Part shown: positions 26,587-38,660 of the stretch, one piece after another
How the letters are laid out: each line of letters opens with the position of its first letter
Position numbering within the stretch: position 1 is the first letter of the stretch
Assembly: GCF_006345805.1 (NCBI RefSeq)
Contig: NC_043005.1
Location: 32,178,001-32,242,000 of the forward strand
DNA from: Octopus sinensis
Taxonomy: Eukaryota
Length of the DNA: 64,000 bases
Direction: 5' to 3'
Notes under the pieces: generated by a model
Database searches by the model: none
The model's input: the letters and a program-made list of their open reading frames with translations, nothing else
What the model was told of the DNA's origin: nothing
Program-made: the position numbers and the translations under genes

Positions 26587-26632
26587 ACTTCCGTCTGTGA
26601 GTTGTTCAGACCGCCTGGGAAAGATGGCTTCT
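26587..26632 (+). promoter_or_regulatory. Probable ATP5PD core promoter/5'UTR with ETS/GABP-like ACTTCCG and YY1-like AAGATGGC
   Basis: ACTTCCG at 26587-26593; AAGATGGC overlaps the ATG at 26624. Motif matches only. Confidence 0.45.
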
Positions 26633-26745
26633 CGTCGTGTTGCTAAGACTATAGTGGATTGGGCAGCTTTTGCTGAGAGGGTGCCACCGGCCGAGAGAGA
26701 TATATTCAGGGCATTTAAAGCAAAATCTACTAATTTTCTTACCAA
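26624..26745 (+). CDS. ATP5PD: Mitochondrial ATP synthase subunit d, coding exon 1 (MASRRVAKTIVDWAAFAERVPP...NFLT)
   Basis: IVDWAAFAE matches the subunit d N-terminus; 122 nt; donor AA|GTAAGT; phase 2 fits the next exon. Confidence 0.95.
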
Positions 26746-27843
26746 GTAAGTATTATTAGCTACAAGTTAACTTCTCCTTTAATAATTGGTTTTTATGTCC
26801 TGATATAACCGTCACCTTCACTGTTACTTTTCAATATATTTTATATTAACAATCTTTGTTCATTTTATTCACCCTATCGCTATACTATTATTATTATTAT
26901 GTATTTTTTATATATCCACTGACGTATACTGGTGATAGGCATGCCCTACGCTAAGGTGACCTCTTCGTTTACTTAAACACCGTGACCTCGATACTTTCCA
27001 ACCAAGGGCACTGCACCTTATCAGGAAAACGACAGCTGAGTTTCGATGTACAGAAGTCAGGGTTCATGAGCTCATCTCGCTTCTACTGTACCCGCATCTC
27101 ACATATTTCATTGTCTTCTGTGACCTTTAAATCAGCTCTTACATTGTAAAAGTGCACATACTACAGAAATAGCTGTAACCTCGCGCTGTCAAGAGAAATG
27201 GGTCGAATTGTTTAACTGTTCAATATAAAATTACGACCATTATTTTCGTACTGCGTAGCCTGGACCCTTAATGAAAATGACATTGAAGAAAAAAGTGTCC
27301 AAAATTGTTTTAAATGTTGTTTTTATTGAACCAAATACTCATAATTTTCCTAAGTCATTGTGATGTTTCTGTGGTTAGTCCCAGATCAACACTGATCGAG
27401 CAGACGAGATCAGTCAAAACATTCCAGCTGTAACCATTTCTTAGACACTGTACTTCACTTCTCAATGTGCCCTTGATTCTTTTCCTCCCTCCCGCCGACG
27501 TTGGATGATCATAACTTTCAGAAAAATGGATATTTTTTAATGAAGTTTTTTTACGAATATATGTTATATCATGTACATTCTGAATATACAAAAGTTTTTG
27601 GGGAAAGTGTTTTAGGTGGGGAATTTCGGATAATTCACCGGCGTCCACTTCAATTCGTCTTAACTTTCAAGAAAATAGATATTTGTGAATACCTCGGACT
27701 ATGTAGATTCCGAGAATATAGGAATTTTTTTTGGGAAACAATTGGTTAATATAAAGATTCGCACCCGGGAACAAAAGCAAAAATAAACCAGCCTGGAGAG
27801 TGTTAACAAGTGTGTGGAAAACGAATATGAATATATATATACC

Positions 27844-28041
27844 GGTACTATTTAAGAGTGGTTCCGGTGCGCGCACTCGTGCATCCGCGCTAGCTAGTCG
27901 TGACTAGTCGATCCTTACTTCGTGGAAAAAAATTATTTATTTTGTATTTTATTTACTTTGCTAGGTAGTCGTTTAGGATCGACTAGTCACGACTAGCTAG
28001 CGCGAGTGCGCGCACCGGAACCACTCTTCTTAAATAGTACC
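27844..28041. repeat. Near-perfect ~200 bp hairpin with GGTACTATTTAAGAG termini (Merlin-type end sequence)
   Basis: ggtactatttaagagtggttccggtgcgcgcactcg..gctagctagtcgtgactagtcgatcct is mirrored by aggatcgactagtcacgactagctagc..cgagtgcgcgcaccggaaccactctt..taaatagtacc. Confidence 0.92.
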
Positions 28042-28650
28042 CATTACAAGCAATTATCTTGTACACAACCCATACCAAATTGGTGGACTTGGGCACATCG
28101 TAGAAATAGATGAATCTATGATGTGCAAACGAAAATACAACAGAGGTAGAATGCCACAGGAGAGGTGGGTTTTTGGAGGATGGGATAGAGAAGACAAGAA
28201 AGGGTTTCTAGTCTTCGTACCTGACCGTTCCTCTGAAACTCTTTTACCCCTTATCAAAAAATTCATAAAATCAGGTACCACTATATATTCCGATTGTTGG
28301 GGTGCGTATAATGGAATTAATGAAATGGATGTGACACCAAAATACACCCATTTCAAGGTGACCCATTTGGAAAATTTTGTTGATCCCAAAACAAATGCAC
28401 ACACAAATTCTGTGGAATGTTATTGGAAGAATGCAAAAAGTTGTTTCAAGACTATGATGCCGGTACACACGAATATGGTGGAATCATACCTGGATGAATT
28501 TCTTTGGAGAGAAGAATACGGAAAAAGTGGGAAGGAATGTTTTGAAAACATTCTGAAGCACCTTTCAGAATGGTTCACATTACGACTACTTACTACTAGC
28601 TAGCGTGGATGTGCACCGGGATCACTGTTCGCTAGTAGTATCCGAATATA
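28042..28650 (+). mobile_element. Merlin (IS1595/ISXO2-like DDE) transposase catalytic fragment
   Basis: GGLGHIVEIDES..KRKYNRGR..WVFGG..VPDRSSETLLPLI..GTTIYSDCWGAY..HTNSVECYW..YLDEFLWR. Open from ~28050 to the stop at 28603; N-terminal zinc ribbon absent. Confidence 0.9.
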
Positions 28651-29350
28651 AAAACTAAAAGGGCCATATTTTGGATTGAGAATATGAATCAAAAAATGTT
28701 CGTTAGTTTCTGTGAGCACTGCGTAAATTTCCAAGAAGAAAATCGAGATCAATGTCGAAAAAGCCGTTTCAGTTATAGTTCTCACACAAGAACAAGCACG
28801 CAGTTGACAAAATAACAAGTGGTCACGGAAACTAACGAATTGAACAGGCGAATGGAAACAAAATATTTTTTCATTCGTCTGCTCAATTGGAAAGATGTCC
28901 AACAAAAATTTGCGCAAACATACATACATGTATGTCTTGATTGATAATTATTTCTTTCTTCATGTCAAGAAGTTATAAATAGATATATTGCAAGTTATTA
29001 TTGCAGATCTGTGTTTCTCCAAAGTCTTTCAATGTTTTGTGTGTGTATTTCCTCTGGGTGCTATCTTCAAAATTGTTGCAGTGAGGCTTTTTTTACATCG
29101 TTGGGTAAATAAATGAATAGTGCTGGTGTGGTGCTTTTATAGTAAACAAAATTACAATTTTCACAAATATTGAAATTATCCATTCTCGAGTGTTTTCAGA
29201 TGTAAATAAATGGTCAGTATAAAGATCCTCACCTGGGGTGGAGGATTAAACAGCCTGGGGAGGGGTGTTAACAAGTGTGTGGTAAACGAATATGAAAAAA
29301 AATGCGTGCTGATGACCCATGGCGTGGGGAGGGGACTTCCAGAAAATGAA

Positions 29351-29648
29351 CAAGATCCGATTTTTCTGTCATAAATTCGGGTAAAATGGATATATATTGA
29401 TTTTTTTCCCTGTAATCCCACGTTTTTGGTTATGGGGGATCCGATTCTGGAAAAGAAATTTCCAAAAATTGCATTTTCAAAGTTTCATTATGTTATCGCA
29501 GTTTTGTGAAATTTTGTAAATGCAATTTTTGAAAAAAATTTTTTTAGAATCAGATCCTCCGTAACCAAAAACATGGGATTCCCTAAAAAAAAAAAAGAAT
29601 CTAATATATCCATTTTACCCGAAGTTATGACGGAAAAATCGGATCTTG
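29351..29648. repeat. ~300 bp imperfect palindrome (MITE/fold-back-like)
   Basis: caagatccgatttttctgtcataaattcgggtaaaatggatatat... is mirrored by ...atatatccattttacccgaagttatgacggaaaaatcggatcttg. Confidence 0.88.
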
Positions 29649-31084
29649 TGAACCAATTTTACTGTTGCACTCTTTTGTACTCAGATTACATTGCACACCC
29701 AATGCACCAGAGCATGTTCCATGTGGCCTAGTTAAACCTCTAACCAAAGGTTTTCCAGCACTGACCTCATCTTATTTCATTCAGATAGACTTTCATTTTT
29801 AAAGTTGTAGGTTATGATTTGAGTGGGATTTCTAGCAAGTCAAGTAACCACCTAGAATCCTTTCTTGGTTTGTTACTGCTTGTGGTTCATTTCCACAAAC
29901 ATTCTAGCTATTTTCCATACATAGACGGTGATGATGAGAGGATATTCTTTTTTAACTCCAGCTATTTCCTAAATAAACCCTATCCTTAAAGATTAATTTA
30001 GGAGCTAAACTTTATGGCAAATACTTTCTATCGATAGTAACATCATGGCAAATACTTTCTATCGATAGTAACATCAATAACACAAGTTATAAAGTATCAG
30101 CTACATTTAAATGCCACTCTGTGTGATAATAAATAAATTTTTGTTTTACACATATGGCACGGGCATGTGGAATGTGTAGGACAATGAAATGGTTGAAGAT
30201 TCATTCCATTGGGCAAGTATTTACTGCTATAGCTTTAAACTGACCAAAAGCTTATGAGTGGATTTCGTAGGGTATGTGTGTATATGTATATATATATGTT
30301 TATGTATGTTATCGCCACAGATGGAGGAAGCAGGTTAAGGACGGGGTTGACACTTTTGTGAGAGCACGTATTGGCATGAAGAACTTAAGGGTGCTGCTCG
30401 AAAGTGTACTGCTGGTGTAGTGAATGGGGAAAGCTTGGTTTGCAATGTTTGCAGTCATGTATGCTTGTCAAGAGCAGGGCTCATTAGCCACCAGTGGATC
30501 TGCAAATACAAAATATAAGTTTGTCCTGAAGGTCAGCAGTGGTCTTCAATCACGAGTGGATCGCCATCATCATGTATGTATGAATATATATGTATGAATA
30601 TGTATGTTTGTATATATATATATGTGTATGTATGTATATATATATATATATATACATAGGCATAGGAATGGTTGTGTGGTAAGTAGCTTGCTTATGAACC
30701 ACATGGTTCCGGGTTCAGTCCTACTGCGTGGCACCTTGGGCAAGTGTCTTCTACTATAGCTTCGGGCCGACCAAAGCCTTGTGAGTGGATTTGGTAGACG
30801 GAAACTGAAAGAAGCCCATTGTATATATGTATATATGTGTGTCTATATGTTTGTGTGTCTTTGTTTGCCCCCCAACATCGCTTGACAACTGATGCTGGTG
30901 TGTTTATGTCCCCGTAACTTAGCGGTTCGGCAAAAGAAACCGATAGAATAAGTACTAGGCTTACAAAGTATAAGTCCTTGGGTCGATTTGCTCGACTAAA
31001 GGTGGTGCTCCAAGTAAAAGTGAAACAAGTAAAAGAGAGTAAAGAGTATATGTATGTAAGCATGTATATATATGTACATGTGTG

Positions 31085-31116
<32 letters not shown>

Positions 31117-31152
31117 TATATATATATGTATGTATATATACATACATATATA

Positions 31153-31485
31153 GGTGCATGGCTCAGTGGTTAGAGCGTCGAGCTTACGATCGTGAGGTTG
31201 TGAGCTCGAATCCTGGACCGGGCTGCATGTTGTATTCTTGAGCAAGACACTTTATTTCACTTTGCTCCAGTTCACTCAGCTGTAGAAATGAGTTGCGATG
31301 TTACAGGTGCCAAGCTGTATCGGCCTTTGCCTTTCCCTTGGATAACACTGGTGGCATGGAGAGGGGAGGCCAGTATGCATGGGTGACTGCTGGTCTTCCA
31401 TAAACAACCTAGCCCGGACTTGTACCTGGGAGGGTAACTTTCTAGGTGCAATCCCATGGTCTGTGTTGTGACCGAAGGGGGTCTC
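31153..31485 (+). mobile_element. tRNA-derived SINE family C
   Basis: Head ggtgcatggctcagtggttagagcg..gagctcgaatcc, followed by a cttgagcaagacactt core and a non-tRNA body. Confidence 0.75.
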
Positions 31486-32264
31486 AGATATGTATATATG
31501 TATTTGTATATGTATGTATATATGTATGGAGGGTGTTTATTGGACACCCTGCGGGATGAAAAACAAAACCCGTCAAAGGGCGGAGGAACTCTTGAGAGTC
31601 AATGGCCATCCAATAAATGTCTTAGGGCTGTATCATGTGCGGGGACATAGAAATAATTGGACTGAATACCCGATCGCGCGGTTAAACCATTGGGAGTGAA
31701 GGACTCCTAGCCTTTGTTAGGGCATCCTTCTAGGCGAAGGTAACTCAGGTAACTGGGATAACTCCGACATAAAACCTGTGGCTCAGTGGTTACCGATGAT
31801 GTTGACTTGTTCTTCTTTTCGGATTATGGCTGCTGTTGCTTAGTGAGTGAGATTGACTCAGTGCACAGCCTTCCCTCACTTTAAAAAAAAAGTTTCGTGC
31901 AATGGTCATACTCGATAACGAGGGGGCAGCCACTATGTATGCATGTATGTATGTATATATATGTGTATGTATGTATGTGTGTTTACACATGTACATTTAT
32001 TTCTGCTCATCTACATTTGTGTATGCTGGTTGTAAGCAGTGACCTTGCTGTTTATGTGAACAGGTCGTTTGAGTACAATTTTCTGTGTAATAATGTATGA
32101 GCTATTGTTTGATAGATTGGGAGATTATTATCTCTCTTAGAAACTGCTGAGGTTGGTATCAGGAAAGGCATCTAGATGCAAGCATAGTAAAGTAAGCGTT
32201 GATAGCCTCTTATTTTATATATGCCTACAATAAAAATCCATTGTTTTCTGCAACTATTGTTTAG

Positions 32265-32361
32265 GGTGCACCAGTATCCTGAAGCCCTGCCAGCCATTGA
32301 CTTTGCACAGTATAAGAAGCTGTTACCCAATCCAGCTATAGTGGATGCTTTTGAAAAGAAT
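32265..32361 (+). CDS. ATP5PD: ATP synthase subunit d, coding exon 2 (VHQYPEALPAIDFAQYKKLLPNPAIVDAFEKN)
   Basis: ttag| acceptor, |GTGAGT donor, 97 nt; PAIDF..YK..VDAFEK is the subunit d signature. Confidence 0.96.
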
Positions 32362-33409
32362 GTGAGTATTTTAAATAATTTTTCATTCTTACAAACCATT
32401 GTTAGCTCAGTTCAGCAACTGTTTCTTAACCTATAAACCTTTCTTCATAATTTTTACTGTTGCTTTTTAAGATTGGCTAATGTTACTTCCCTCAACTTCC
32501 AACCCATACTGATTGAGCTAACTATCTTCCCTTATAATTTATTCCCATTATTATCTGTCAATTGTCTCTACTTAGGGTCCTCAACTGAGCCACTTAGCTA
32601 TTCATACAACCAGCTGACAAATTTGGCTTTTCTATATTTGACTTGTCGTGGCTGATTCCACTCAATTCTGATGTTGTCTACAGTAGTCATTGACCTACAT
32701 GTTGTACTAGATGGGCTTAAATTACGATTCTGGGCAGTGTCATAAGTGTGGAATTGGTAAGTGATGTTATTGTTTGCAGTGTTGAGTTAAATTCTACCAA
32801 CATGAAAAACTACTTGAATTGACCAGTGTCTTCTCCAGGGAAATATTTATCTCTCCTCTTGATACTATAAAAACTGTATGTAAAATAAGATTAATCTTTT
32901 ACTACCTCTCTGTTCCTGTTATAATAATATGTCTGTCTTTGTTTTTTTCCATCCACCACACACTTCTTTATTTCTATTCTCTGTTAAGTCCTTAATATTT
33001 ATCAAGTAAATTTCTATATGGTTGAGTAATCTGTCAGAAATAACAGGCAAATTTCCTCTTAAACTATACCTTACTATCTTAAAAAGAGGATACATTCTGT
33101 AATGTATTCCTTCATAACAATATCTACAAAAAGACAGATAAGGTAGCCATGGTTGGAATACTTTTCGATATCCAAAGCTGATCTGGATTTATACAACAAC
33201 AACAATAATATTTACAGTAAAAGAAGTGTCTAGTTGTGTCAACCTCTACAGAATGTTCAAGCTAAATTTCAGTAACAGCTTGATGTATTTGTGAACAGTC
33301 AAAGGCATTGGAGAGTCTAAAGATTAAAGTTGTAGGTGAGAAAAAGTTAGCTGACATGGAGGAATGGAAGCCATTTGAACATTGGAAAAGTGTTACCTGT
33401 ATCATGATA

Positions 33410-34430
33410 TAGGGTATCAAAATACTGACTGCTGCTCAATACTCTGTGCACACTGTAGAGGCTGTAAGATGTGACATGGACAGCTACAACAGAAACTATG
33501 AAGCTGTGGTCAGCAAGAAGGAAATGCAGCAGGTGTTCTCGCTATGTCTGCACACTGGAATTCATCAAATAACTGCAGCACAAGGTGATGGAAGATCCGA
33601 GCAAGAGAATCTGAGCTTTGGTGAGAGAGATGGGTGTTGGAGATGTCATCATGAAGCTGGCTCTGAATGAAGAACTTTGGTGCCACTCATACGAGACACA
33701 CGAGGGAAAAATTCTGACATCCAAGAACTGCTTGGCAAAAGGAAAAGAAACTCCTAATCAAACTGGGGTTGATCTGGTTCTTCTCAATGGAAAGAACTCC
33801 TACCAAGACTAGCTGCATTGAGAACAACAGGTGGCTTGCCTATGATATATCATGAACACCAAGTTCCCCCAAACTGTGATGGCTTTTGGGTGTGTTGCAT
33901 GTGAGGATGACATCATTCTGCTCCACATCTTTAAATAGGGCATTAGGCTCGATTCAGATAGCTATGTGAAACTGTTGGAAGACCATATGTGTGGCAGCAG
34001 GATTTGGCTCCTTGTCACACTTTTGGAAAGTGTCAGAAGTGGTTGTTGGAGAATTTCTGTGACTTTACCAGCTCCAATTTCTGGCCTCCTAATTCCCTCC
34101 ATTGTAATCTCATGGATTACTATTTGTGGAGTATAGTTGAGAAAGACACTAACAGCTCTGCGTACAACACGATGGCTGAGCTGGTGGTCAAAATCAAGGA
34201 GGTGTTTGAAGATCTTCTTAGGGTCAGAATGAGAAATGCATGCACCAGGTTCTGGAGCTGTCTTGAGGCTGTGGTGAAAGCTGAATGTGGCTACTTTGAG
34301 TAAATTGTTAACTCTCAGCTATAATATTGTTGATATTTAATCATTTTTTAAAAATACTTTTATTTTTGGATGGGATATTATTTTCATTTCCTTTTATGCA
34401 AACTGTCAAATTTAACCCAAACAACTTGTA
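33410..34430 (+). mobile_element. Degenerate Tc1/mariner element of maT (DD37D-like) type
   Basis: WQQDLAPCHT, FWPPNS..NLMDYYLW, NACTRF..LEAVVKAECGYFE; 3' end ..tcaaatttaacccaaacaacttgTA. Confidence 0.8.
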
Positions 34431-34625
34431 GTGACTAGGGTTAGATATGAAATGACAGCCACATGTTTGGTCACCTGATGATTTCACTAAAGTTTCATTT
34501 CCTGGGTATTCATGGTCAACCTACTTTAGCTTGTATCCTTTAACCCTAGTACTATTCAACAGGAGTTATGTTCTTTCAGTTGTAATTTTACTTAGTCTGT
34601 TTTTTTTCTTTTTGTTTTGTTCCAG

Positions 34626-34703
34626 TACAAGGCACTATCTGTACCCTACCCAACAGATAAAGACAAGGTGCTTGATGCAGTGACAAAAGAGGAAGCCACG
34701 GTT
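34626..34703 (+). CDS. ATP5PD: ATP synthase subunit d, coding exon 3 (YKALSVPYPTDKDKVLDAVTKEEATV)
   Basis: Polypyrimidine tract and tccag| acceptor, |GTAAGT donor, 78 nt, phase 0; ALSVPYP motif. Confidence 0.95.
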
Positions 34704-36648
34704 GTAAGTATTCTTATATTTTTTCTCTGATTAATCTTGATGTTGTTAATGACATGTGGGTGTGGGTGGGAAGGAGGGCGGGCGTACCGCGAACTAGCAA
34801 GTTAAGACGAGAGCATCTTCTGGATACGTATTTTTTCGGCGGTGGTATTAAAAATCAAGTAAGGGAATCCGAGTGCGTGCGCTAGTTTACATAAGGTGGT
34901 GGTGGTGGAGGAGGAAGTCTTGGCGAAGCTAGTGGTAATCGAAAGAGAGACAGAGACAGGCAGAGTGAGGCCGAGAGAGAGAGACAGATTGAGCGGGAGA
35001 GAGAGTAGGGGTAGTGGTCAGAACATGAGGGAGAAAAATATTCTTTTGGGATTTGTGTAGCAAAATTTAATGAGATGGCAAATGTTGATAATAGTAAAAC
35101 AGAATTGAAAAATCTGAGAGTTTTCGGTCAGCCAATCTGAGACAAAATTAGAGAAATAAGTGACTGTGTGATAAACTTGATCGATGAATGAATGAATATG
35201 TTGCGGTTAACGAAATGCGTGAACTAAGGTTATCTTAATTCAACAACAAGGAAGATGAAACTATTGAAACTATATTTACATGATGACATAGTACTGAAAT
35301 GGACAGAATAATGAAAAGAACTAATAAGGGGTTTATGATCTGCACAGAAATAGAAGAGTAGATGAACGAGGTTGAAAAGACAAAACTTCTTAACTGAGCA
35401 TCTTCTGAGATTCGTATTCTTCGACTGAATTCTGCTTGTCGTTCCATTACTTAGTCTGTCAGTAATGCTTTCATGTGATTAGAGAAAAATAGGGAGAGAG
35501 AAGTGTCCATGATGTGAGGTAGAGGATATGTAATTGTAATGCTTTCACATGATTGGTTGAGGGGAAGGAGAGAATATAGAAAAAGAAGAGTGAGATTGAA
35601 AGAGGGAAAAAGATGGAGTGAGAAGAATCCACGACACGAGGTAGGGGGAATGTAATATTTATTGATGGTTAAAAAAGTTAGTTAAAGGCAGTGATGATAT
35701 AGAGGAGGAGAGTTAAAGATATAATTTTAGCTGAGAGGTGATGTTCTGGTGGTGAGGTTAAAGAAAGGCACAGAGAGAGAAATGATGATGGTGTTGGTGG
35801 TTGTGATTGGATAGTGAAAAGTGTATTTTTTAAAAATTGAACTAAGTTTTTTATATCACCTATCTCTTAACTCATGCGCATAAGGGCAATTCTGTGAAAT
35901 ATTCATGCTTATTTATGTGGCAGATATATGCAATTTAACTAAAGATTGTATCATGTACAGGATATTTTTTTTTTGCTTATGGCTAAAATGGAAATATTTA
36001 TGAGTACTGTGTATTAAGTCTATAAAATTGTGCATAAAGTATCTAAAGTGCATTAAGTAATCATTGTATTCCAATTTCTTGGACTTTTCAGTGAGTAGCA
36101 GATGAGTGACTATCTTTCAATACAGTCACAACACAGGTTATTCTTTTAGGTTTTTTTTGGATAAAGTTTTTAGAAATAACGCAATACATTTACCATTAAT
36201 TCTGTGAAATATTCATTAATCCAACAAAAGGTATTTTAATTCCTGAAGAGATATATACAGAACAAAGTATATTTTGCCAGACAAGTAATTATGGATTAGA
36301 TATTTTGTGTGTGTGTTTATATATAATGGCTTTATTTCAGTGAAAAATCAGTGCTTTTTGAATGTCGTAGAGTTGTTGTCATTAGTGATCTAGGGTGATT
36401 TGGTATCCCATTGGGAACTTGTTACCATTAATATTGCTGTCGTTCATAGATTGTAGTCTGATGGAAATTATAAGTTTTTATTGGGTTGTTCCTGTTAGCT
36501 ATGAATAGACAAAGCAGGGAGGTAGCACATCCCATGTTTTAGCTTACTTTCACAACCCAGTATATTTAAATACAACAAATGTATTCATTTAGAATGGACT
36601 TTTATTTCTATTTTGTTGACAGTCTTTTTCTTTTAATCCTCTTTTCAG

Positions 36649-36711
36649 AATGAATCCATCAAAGACCAAGTTGCTGAGTTCCAGAGAATGGCCGCTGATG
36701 CCCAGCTGATG
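36649..36711 (+). CDS. ATP5PD: ATP synthase subunit d, coding exon 4 (NESIKDQVAEFQRMAADAQLM)
   Basis: cttttcag| acceptor, |GTAAGT donor, 63 nt, keeps the frame between exons 3 and 5. Confidence 0.9.
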
Positions 36712-36829
36712 GTAAGTTATCAACATAATTATATTATTTGTTTACATTGACATAGTCTAACCCATGATGGTAATATTTGTTTCAATTTCTACACCATTTG
36801 AGTGGTGGACTTAATCCATTGCCTTTTGG

Positions 36830-38340
36830 ATGCTGTTAGTTTGTTTTCAGCCTGAAGATATCTAGATCTTTTTTCCTCTTACTTCTGTTCCCCATTAAGA
36901 TCTCCACCTAACATGTTCACAAGCTCCGTATTACATCTGTTCCTGGGCCAGATCCTCCTCTACAGTCCACAGTCAGATTTTGATAAGTCTGCTTCACTGC
37001 CTACCACTGGTCTCTTGTGAACATATGTAACTTGTAGTTGAACATTTTACAGTGACAGTATCCAACAAGATACTCAGCCCTTGATGCTTTTCACAACTAC
37101 TTCATTTGTGATGCAGTTACACTAAGAAATTCTTAGAGGCTTAAAGCAACATCTTTTGAAGACTTCTGCACTCTAAGAAATTCTGCTCATCTTTTTTACA
37201 TGTTTTGCAAGCATAGGTTGCCATTGGCATTACAATGGCTGTAGATAGATAGCGTTTGATGCCTAAACCCTACAAACTTCAGGTACTGGAAGATAGCTGT
37301 AGATTTACCATGTCTTTTTTTTTTTTACATCAAATTCAAGTTGCCATTGTTTGTAATGTCACTGCTCAGTGAAGGCATCTCCAGAGTCTGACCTTTCAGT
37401 CAAACTAGTTTCTGCTATGTCTTTTGTCTTTTCATTATTGATTTAGAAGATCAACCTTTGATCTACTATTGTTGCTAAAACAAGTGGTCATGTCTTGTAT
37501 GGACTGTAGATGTGATATTCAAGAATCCTAGATCATTCAGGAAGTCAAGGTCTGTGAATTTTCAGTCCCCATTTGTTGTCTGTGTTGGATCTCCATAGAC
37601 CTTCTCATGGTGAAATTCACCATTATCAGGAACAAAAATGCTTAGCGATATTTCGTCTGTCTTTACATACTGAGTTCATATTCCTCTGAGGTCAACTTTG
37701 CCTTTCATCCTTACGGGGGGCGATAAATTAAGTACCAGTTGTGTACTGGGGTCGATCTAATTGACTGGCCCCTTCTCCCTAAATTTTGGGCCTTGTACTT
37801 AGAGTAGAAAAGATATCAAGCTGGCTACTTGATACTGTGCCATGATCTTTCATAGAGATTCCCTGTGTATGTTCTTGACAACCTTCTTGAGGATTTGTTT
37901 ACTGCATGACCTTCTGCTCCTGAATCGTACATGTGCCTCCCGTAAATGTTCATCAACTCCTTCTTCAGGCAGGTAAGAAACACAGTGTGGGACATTTTAT
38001 CAGAGCCAGATAACTGGACTATACTGTGCCATTTGTTGCAATCATATACAGCTCCTTTCTTGGGCAATGTTACTACCATTCTATTCATTCAGGTCTCAGT
38101 GACTGCCTCTAATGCAAAGGTATGACAATTCTTTTGTGGTGACATTCTCTCCATGCTGAATTGGGTCCATAGTTACCTTGTGCAGCTCTGCTTTCTTGTT
38201 CTTCAGGAAATGAATGACTTTGGTGACCTCTCTGTTGATATATCTTTATCTATCATTTGCAGGGGATTTGTCTAAGGAGTCTCTTGGTTGAAGAGGTAAA
38301 CCAGGTTCAGCTGAGAAGGCTTTTTATTTTTAAACTTTCT
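36830..38340 (-). mobile_element. Degenerate RTE/BovB-like LINE fragment interrupted by a SINE (37640-37810)
   Basis: VVTLPKKG..DCNKWHSIVQLS is a degenerate LPKKGDLSDCNNWRGITLLS motif. Confidence 0.65.
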
Positions 38341-38359
38341 AGGTCTGGAAAAAAGAGCA

Positions 38360-38660
38360 GTGTCACAGCTTTGTCCCCCACCCTCCTGGACCGGTGAGGT
38401 TGAGATTGTTAATGTTCCTCTTGAACCTTAGTAAGTCAACACCAGCTGGAAGGACATGAACAGAGGGGAAATCCAGAGAGACTGGGTGTTGGGTGGCTAG
38501 ACAGAGCAAGGATGATGAAAGTGTCGGAAATGTCTGGATGGAGGTGTTGTGAGCCCACCCAGCTGCAAGGAGCAAAGGCTATTATAGTAGTGGTAAAAAA
38601 GACAGAGAGGAGATAGCAGACTTGTGGGCCAGAAGCTGGAGTTTGTGAGTGACTTAATGC
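38360..38660 (-). mobile_element. CR1/L2-type LINE 3' end
   Basis: ..FPSVHVLPAGVDLLRFKRNINNLNL* resembles the L2/CR1 ORF2 C-terminus. Confidence 0.55.

Noticed and set aside
26548-26745. Minus-strand 65-aa ORF
   Set aside because: Antisense shadow of ATP5PD coding exon 1.
28118-28603. Bacterial IS1595 contamination or recent bacterial transfer
   Set aside because: Merlin is the established eukaryotic branch of this superfamily; the fragment sits in an intron of a normal spliced gene.
31153-31225. Functional tRNA gene (also 63495-63570 and 6204-6280)
   Set aside because: Acceptor and anticodon stems do not pair, and each continues into a SINE-type body.
31520-31930. HDV-like ribozyme in a possible RTE 5'UTR-like segment
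   Set aside because: Could not assemble the nested double pseudoknot by eye; needs a descriptor-based search.
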